Source: Pseudobdellovibrionaceae bacterium (GTDB lineage: Bacteria > Bdellovibrionota > FAC87 > UBA2466 > JACKAF01). Taken from it: a DNA stretch of 64,000 bases. The stretch is taken from NCBI GenBank assembly GCA_020635235.1, contig JACKAF010000003.1:76051-140050 (forward strand). Reading direction: 5' to 3'. This document shows, in pieces, positions 60,596 to 64,000 of the stretch. Numbering within the stretch: the first letter of the stretch is position 1; each line of letters opens with the position of its first letter. The notes under the pieces were generated by a model that saw nothing but the letters and a program-made list of their open reading frames with translations, did no database searches and was not told where the DNA came from. A program made the translations under genes and the position numbers.

Positions 60596-62578
60596 GTGAG
60601 CGGACCGGACACACAAAAAGCGCAAGTACCCATCAAGTACAAATTCTTGGCGGTGTTATTTTCGATCATGATCACGTGTCTCAGTGTGTTCTTTTTCTAC
60701 GCCTTTCAAACCTTCTCCGAAGACAAGCGCATGTTCATCATGGACTTGAACCTTAGCTTGTTAAAAGCCGCAACTGCCGAAGTGCGATCCGGAATCGAAC
60801 ACCGTTTGGAAGCTGTGCAGGGTTTGATCCCTCGTGTCTACAACCGCGTCGGGGGATCCAACACCGATTCTGACATCTATGCCGGTTTACCCGAGAGTTT
60901 GAAAAGCGAAGTACTTGGGGTGAACTTCTATAGGGAAAACCAGCAGGGCGCTTTTGAATCTATTCGTTCGTACAACAATACCGAGCTACTTGGAAAACTC
61001 ACACTTCCCGCGAACTTTTCGCAGGTTTTGGATTCGCGGCTGCCACCACCGCTGCAACTTTTTAAGAACAAGAAGAATTTTGAACTCCTCAATCGTTCCA
61101 TCATGCTGGAGGTGGGCGGCAAACAAGTTAAGACGGGCGTCTTGACGGTTCTTTTTAGCGGGAAATTTATTGATAGAAACTCTACTGGGGTCGTAATTGT
61201 CGTCGATTTCGTGCAAGATTTCATCCGTAGCGTTTTGAATAAGTCCGGCGTAGCAGAAGTCTTCCTGATCCGTTCGGATGGCCGTGTTTTGGGACATCCA
61301 AATTTGGATACGCTCATCCAGTACGCCAACCAGGCGTTTCCTCATCCGGTGGTGTCTCGTTTGAAGTCTGCGACGTTCCCGCGTGAAAGTATTGAATTGG
61401 ATGTTAACGGAGAGGATTATCTTTGCAACATCGGTGAGTCCGGATTTCCTGACGTCTTTTTCATCTCACAAGTTCAAAAAAGGCAGGCGTTTGTTGCGCT
61501 TTATCACCTGGCGTCCCAGAGTTTGATGATCATGGGCATTCTCCTTTGCCTTTCGATTATAGCTAGTATCATTTTCACCAATCGCTTGACTGTGAATATT
61601 ACGAAGCTTCAAAGTGCGGCTGAAGAAATTGGCAAAGGTAATTTGAACCTTAGTCTAAACGTTAAATCCAACGACGAATTGCAGAGCGTTGCCGAGAGTT
61701 TCGAGTGGATGTCCTCGCGCTTGTCTGATCTAATTTTTGAAACCGCCAAAAAAGCACGCTTGGAAGGCGAGCTAAAGACCGCGCGATTAGTACAGTCGAC
61801 GTTACTGACGATCCCGCGAATTGCCACCGATGATGTGGAAGTTGATTCTCATTTGGTGCCGGCAACGGATTTAGGGGGCGACTTTTGGGACGCTTATCTC
61901 ACAGGCCGGACGCTGACCATCATTATCGGTGATGCCACTGGTCACGGGGCCCCAGCCGCCTTGGTGACGGCGATCGCAAAAAGTTGTTTTTCGACACTGA
62001 ATACCGTGTACCACGCTCACCCGCTGGAGCCCGAACAGGTCACCTCTGCTTTGAACTTCATTTTGCACAGCAGTTGCCAGGGAAAACTCCTGATGACCAT
62101 GTGTATCATCCAAATCAACTTAGATACCGGGGAGATAGGTATCTGTAATGCAGGACACGAGTCTCCGATGGTGCTCCGAGCAAGTTCCTCAAGCTCAGAT
62201 GGTACAGCATCCGATAAGAAGGCTAAGAAAGCTGAGATCCTTTTTGCACGAGGCGAACGCTTAGGTTTTTCTCCGGAGGCCGAGTTCAAGACTGTGAAAT
62301 TTCAGCTAAATCCCGGTGACACGCTCATGCTCTACACCGACGGCATTACGGAAGCGAAAAGTCGGCAGGGCAAAGAGTGGGGAGAGCGCCAGTTGAGGAA
62401 AGTGTTCTCTGCGGGGGGCGAGCGGGCGCTCAGCCAGATCAAGAAAGAGCTCGTTGGTGCGGTTGGTACTCACATGGGTGGAGCCGAACAGGAAGACGAC
62501 ATCACCTTTGTATTGATCAAGTGGCTTGGGAAGCACGCTAAAAAGGCGACTCCCCCGCTTCCAAAGAAGGTGGGATAG
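60596..62578 (+). CDS. membrane sensor PP2C-type phosphatase (periplasmic domain + HAMP + SpoIIE/RsbU-like)
   Basis: Two TM spans flank a ~270-aa extracytoplasmic region. HAMP region (ITKLQSAAEEIGKGNLN). PP2C motifs GGDFWDAY, GDATGHGAPAAL and YTDGITEA. Confidence 0.85.
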   Translation: MSGPDTQKAQVPIKYKFLAVLFSIMITCLSVFFFYAFQTFSEDKRMFIMDLNLSLLKAATAEVRSGIEHRLEAVQGLIPRVYNRVGGSNTDSDIYAGLPESLKSEVLGVNFYRENQQGAFESIRSYNNTELLGKLTLPANFSQVLDSRLPPPLQLFKNKKNFELLNRSIMLEVGGKQVKTGVLTVLFSGKFIDRNSTGVVIVVDFVQDFIRSVLNKSGVAEVFLIRSDGRVLGHPNLDTLIQYANQAFPHPVVSRLKSATFPRESIELDVNGEDYLCNIGESGFPDVFFISQVQKRQAFVALYHLASQSLMIMGILLCLSIIASIIFTNRLTVNITKLQSAAEEIGKGNLNLSLNVKSNDELQSVAESFEWMSSRLSDLIFETAKKARLEGELKTARLVQSTLLTIPRIATDDVEVDSHLVPATDLGGDFWDAYLTGRTLTIIIGDATGHGAPAALVTAIAKSCFSTLNTVYHAHPLEPEQVTSALNFILHSSCQGKLLMTMCIIQINLDTGEIGICNAGHESPMVLRASSSSSDGTASDKKAKKAEILFARGERLGFSPEAEFKTVKFQLNPGDTLMLYTDGITEAKSRQGKEWGERQLRKVFSAGGERALSQIKKELVGAVGTHMGGAEQEDDITFVLIKWLGKHAKKATPPLPKKVG

Positions 62579-62580
62579 CC

Positions 62581-63300
62581 GTGTTGGGTGCGCTTAAAAA
62601 GAAAAGGCCGCTCACCGCTTATGGTCTTTTTTCAAAGCCGGAAGCGGCGGAAAAGATTTTCGGTGGAGCCCGGCACGTGCATTCCTCGAACCTGGGTGCG
62701 CACGATCCGCTGGTTCAATTGACCGAGAGCGGAAATGGCCTGGGCGGGGAGTTCCGTTTCCCTTGGGAGTTGGCCGCCGAGGCAAGATACGTGGACGTGC
62801 AATCCGCAGAGGATCGGCACCGGGTTTTGAAAGATTTTTTGCATGGATTGGGCTCGGAGGTCCATCGAACGTTCAAGGACGTTGTGGGCACAGTATTGGA
62901 AGAGCTTATTAGCAATGCGATTTATCATGGTTTGAGGTTGGAGAACGGGGAGCGGAAGTTCGCAAGACTTCAAAAACCGCGGCTCCAGCCGAGTGAATAT
63001 ATAAAGGTAGGAACGGTGGCAGCACCTGACGGAGTTTATCTCAGGGTAGAGGACTCCGGTGGTCGCCTGGGTTTCGATGAAATCCGGGAGGCCTTTCACC
63101 GTTGTTATCAGCAAGGTGTGGATCAGATTCAGCAAAAGGAATGTGGAGCTGGTCTCGGACTTTATATGTCTTTCGAACAGGCGAGGCACCTGAGAATAGA
63201 TGTATGGCCTGGGAAGAAAACAGTGGTTTCATGCTGGATAAACCGAAAAAGAGTCCCTAACGAGGATAATTTTTCATTCAACTACTTTGAACGCACGTGA
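62581..63300 (+). CDS. GHKL ATPase-fold protein (RsbW/SpoIIAB-like kinase) with ~100-aa N-terminal extension
   Basis: N-box VLEELISNAIYHG, G1 EDSGGRLG, G2 GAGLGLYM. GTG start follows GAAGGTGGGA. Confidence 0.6.
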   Translation: MLGALKKKRPLTAYGLFSKPEAAEKIFGGARHVHSSNLGAHDPLVQLTESGNGLGGEFRFPWELAAEARYVDVQSAEDRHRVLKDFLHGLGSEVHRTFKDVVGTVLEELISNAIYHGLRLENGERKFARLQKPRLQPSEYIKVGTVAAPDGVYLRVEDSGGRLGFDEIREAFHRCYQQGVDQIQQKECGAGLGLYMSFEQARHLRIDVWPGKKTVVSCWINRKRVPNEDNFSFNYFERT

Positions 63301-63767
63301 ATATTACTAACGACAGATTCAAGATAGTCCGAGCGGAACACGAGGGCCGAATCGTATTCTATCTCCAGGGCGACATTGACGAGGACGCCGTCTTCGATCA
63401 AATCGCTCAGGAGTCGGGCGAGGTGATTATCAATTGGAAGGGCGTTACGTCCATCAACTCCTGTGGAGTGCGCAACTGGGTCAATTTCATCAAGACCGTG
63501 GCGGATCGTACGATTTACTACATAGAATGCCCGCCCCTAGTCGTGAAACAGATGAACATGATTCCCAGCTTTCTCGGGACGGCTACCGTTTATTCTGTTT
63601 ATGTCCCCTACGTCTGCGATAATTGCGACGCCGAAAAACTTGTACTCGTTACCGCGGAAAAATTTGGCTCGGTAGAGGAAACCATACAGTGCGATCAGTG
63701 CCAATCTCCTGAAATGGAGCTCGACGGGCATCCCAAGCACTACTTTACTTTTGGGAGGGCGAAATGA
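63297..63767 (+). CDS. STAS-domain (anti-sigma antagonist-like) protein fused to a C-terminal Cys4 zinc-ribbon
   Basis: FYLQGDID...INWKGVTSINSCGVRNW...PPLVVKQMNMIPSF fits the STAS pattern, including the phospho-acceptor-position Ser. The C-terminus has CDNC-x22-CDQC. Confidence 0.6.
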   Translation: MNITNDRFKIVRAEHEGRIVFYLQGDIDEDAVFDQIAQESGEVIINWKGVTSINSCGVRNWVNFIKTVADRTIYYIECPPLVVKQMNMIPSFLGTATVYSVYVPYVCDNCDAEKLVLVTAEKFGSVEETIQCDQCQSPEMELDGHPKHYFTFGRAK

Positions 63768-64000
63768 GTGCTGCTCCCAAATTTGATCCCAACGCCAATG
63801 ACCAGTTGATCTGTGGTCTATTCTCAAAAAAAGAAGCTGCGCAGCTTATTGCGGATGGGGGAACTCACATCCACTCGACGACAGAAGGTTATCGAGATGA
63901 GATGGCACGTTTCACCAATGCGCTTTTAAACGAAAAGAACCCGCAGCCCCACCCTTGGCAACTGTTACCGAACTGTCGTGAGGTTTCCCTCGCTTCAAGC
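63764..64000 (+). CDS. second GHKL-like protein, N-terminal fragment (paralog of 62581..63300); runs off the right edge
   Basis: ATGA overlap with the STAS gene. GLFSKKEAAQLIADGGTHIHSTT and PHPWQLL are parallel to GLFSKPEAAEKIFGGARHVHSSN and RFPWELA in 62581..63300. Confidence 0.5.
   Translation, partial: MSAAPKFDPNANDQLICGLFSKKEAAQLIADGGTHIHSTTEGYRDEMARFTNALLNEKNPQPHPWQLLPNCREVSLASS

Noticed and set aside
1-64000. CRISPR arrays, rRNA genes, IS elements, toxin-antitoxin pairs and known defence-system signatures.
   Set aside because: I saw no regularly spaced repeat-spacer arrays, no rRNA-like sequence, no terminal inverted repeats with a transposase, and no recognisable defence-gene motifs while reading both strands.

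Overview
This is a 64-kb chromosomal window from a diderm (Gram-negative-type) bacterium. I call about 73 protein genes and 3 tRNA genes (Ala-TGC, Lys-TTT, Arg-TCG, none with an encoded CCA). I found no rRNA, no CRISPR array, and no recognisable integrase, transposase or phage gene.

Layout:
- 0-13 kb: surface-glycan locus. It holds a Wzm/Wzt-type ABC exporter, three SAM methyltransferases, a tandemly duplicated two-gene glycosyltransferase module, a GT-B transferase, two GT-C-like membrane proteins, gmhB and kdsA.
- 13.5-23 kb: a PRC-barrel / OmpA-like / TamA / TamB gene string, an NtrC-type sigma-54 activator, an AsmA-like protein, a Fe/Mn SOD and an AI-2E transporter.
- 24.6-34.2 kb: two inverted paralogous secreted CXXCH proteins. 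They bracket an ABC-2 exporter, a membrane-anchored SBP-like protein, a hybrid histidine kinase, a transglutaminase-like protein and a Tat-signal protein.
- 34.6-39.5 kb: housekeeping genes (slyD, dsbB/dsbA-like, blc, an FAD oxidase, tpm, tRNA-Ala).
- 39.7-47 kb: mixed small genes plus the DUF785-rimK-AstE-like triad.
- 47-49.8 kb: a second sigma-54 activator flanked by sigma-54 promoters that drive very small proteins.
- 49.8-58 kb: an SGNH hydrolase and orphan secreted proteins and lipoproteins.
- 58.1-59.8 kb: two convergent tRNA genes, each followed by a tandem duplication of its 3' end.
- 59.9-64 kb: plsY and an RsbU-like phosphatase / GHKL / STAS partner-switching cluster.

Most noteworthy, all read directly from the sequence:
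1. Seven sigma-54 (-24/-12) promoter matches with exact GG-N10-GC spacing. Both activator genes have one such promoter upstream (divergent) and one immediately downstream.
2. The activator at 47.5-48.9 kb has a degenerate receiver. Its apparent targets are a 48-aa N/Q/T/P-rich peptide overlapping an orphan Fis-type HTH ORF, and an acidic/basic pair of secreted mini-proteins.
3. tRNA-Lys and tRNA-Arg each carry a perfect tandem repeat starting at the same T-loop nucleotide. Their trailers form homologous hairpins that differ by compensatory changes.
4. The inverted CXXCH paralog pair and the cassette it encloses.

Functions are inferred from motifs I recognise by eye; no database search was run. 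Start codons marked uncertain should be treated as such. I cannot assign a taxon from sequence alone. The sigma-54 density and the many orphan secreted proteins and lipoproteins are reminiscent of Bdellovibrionota- or Myxococcota-type genomes.
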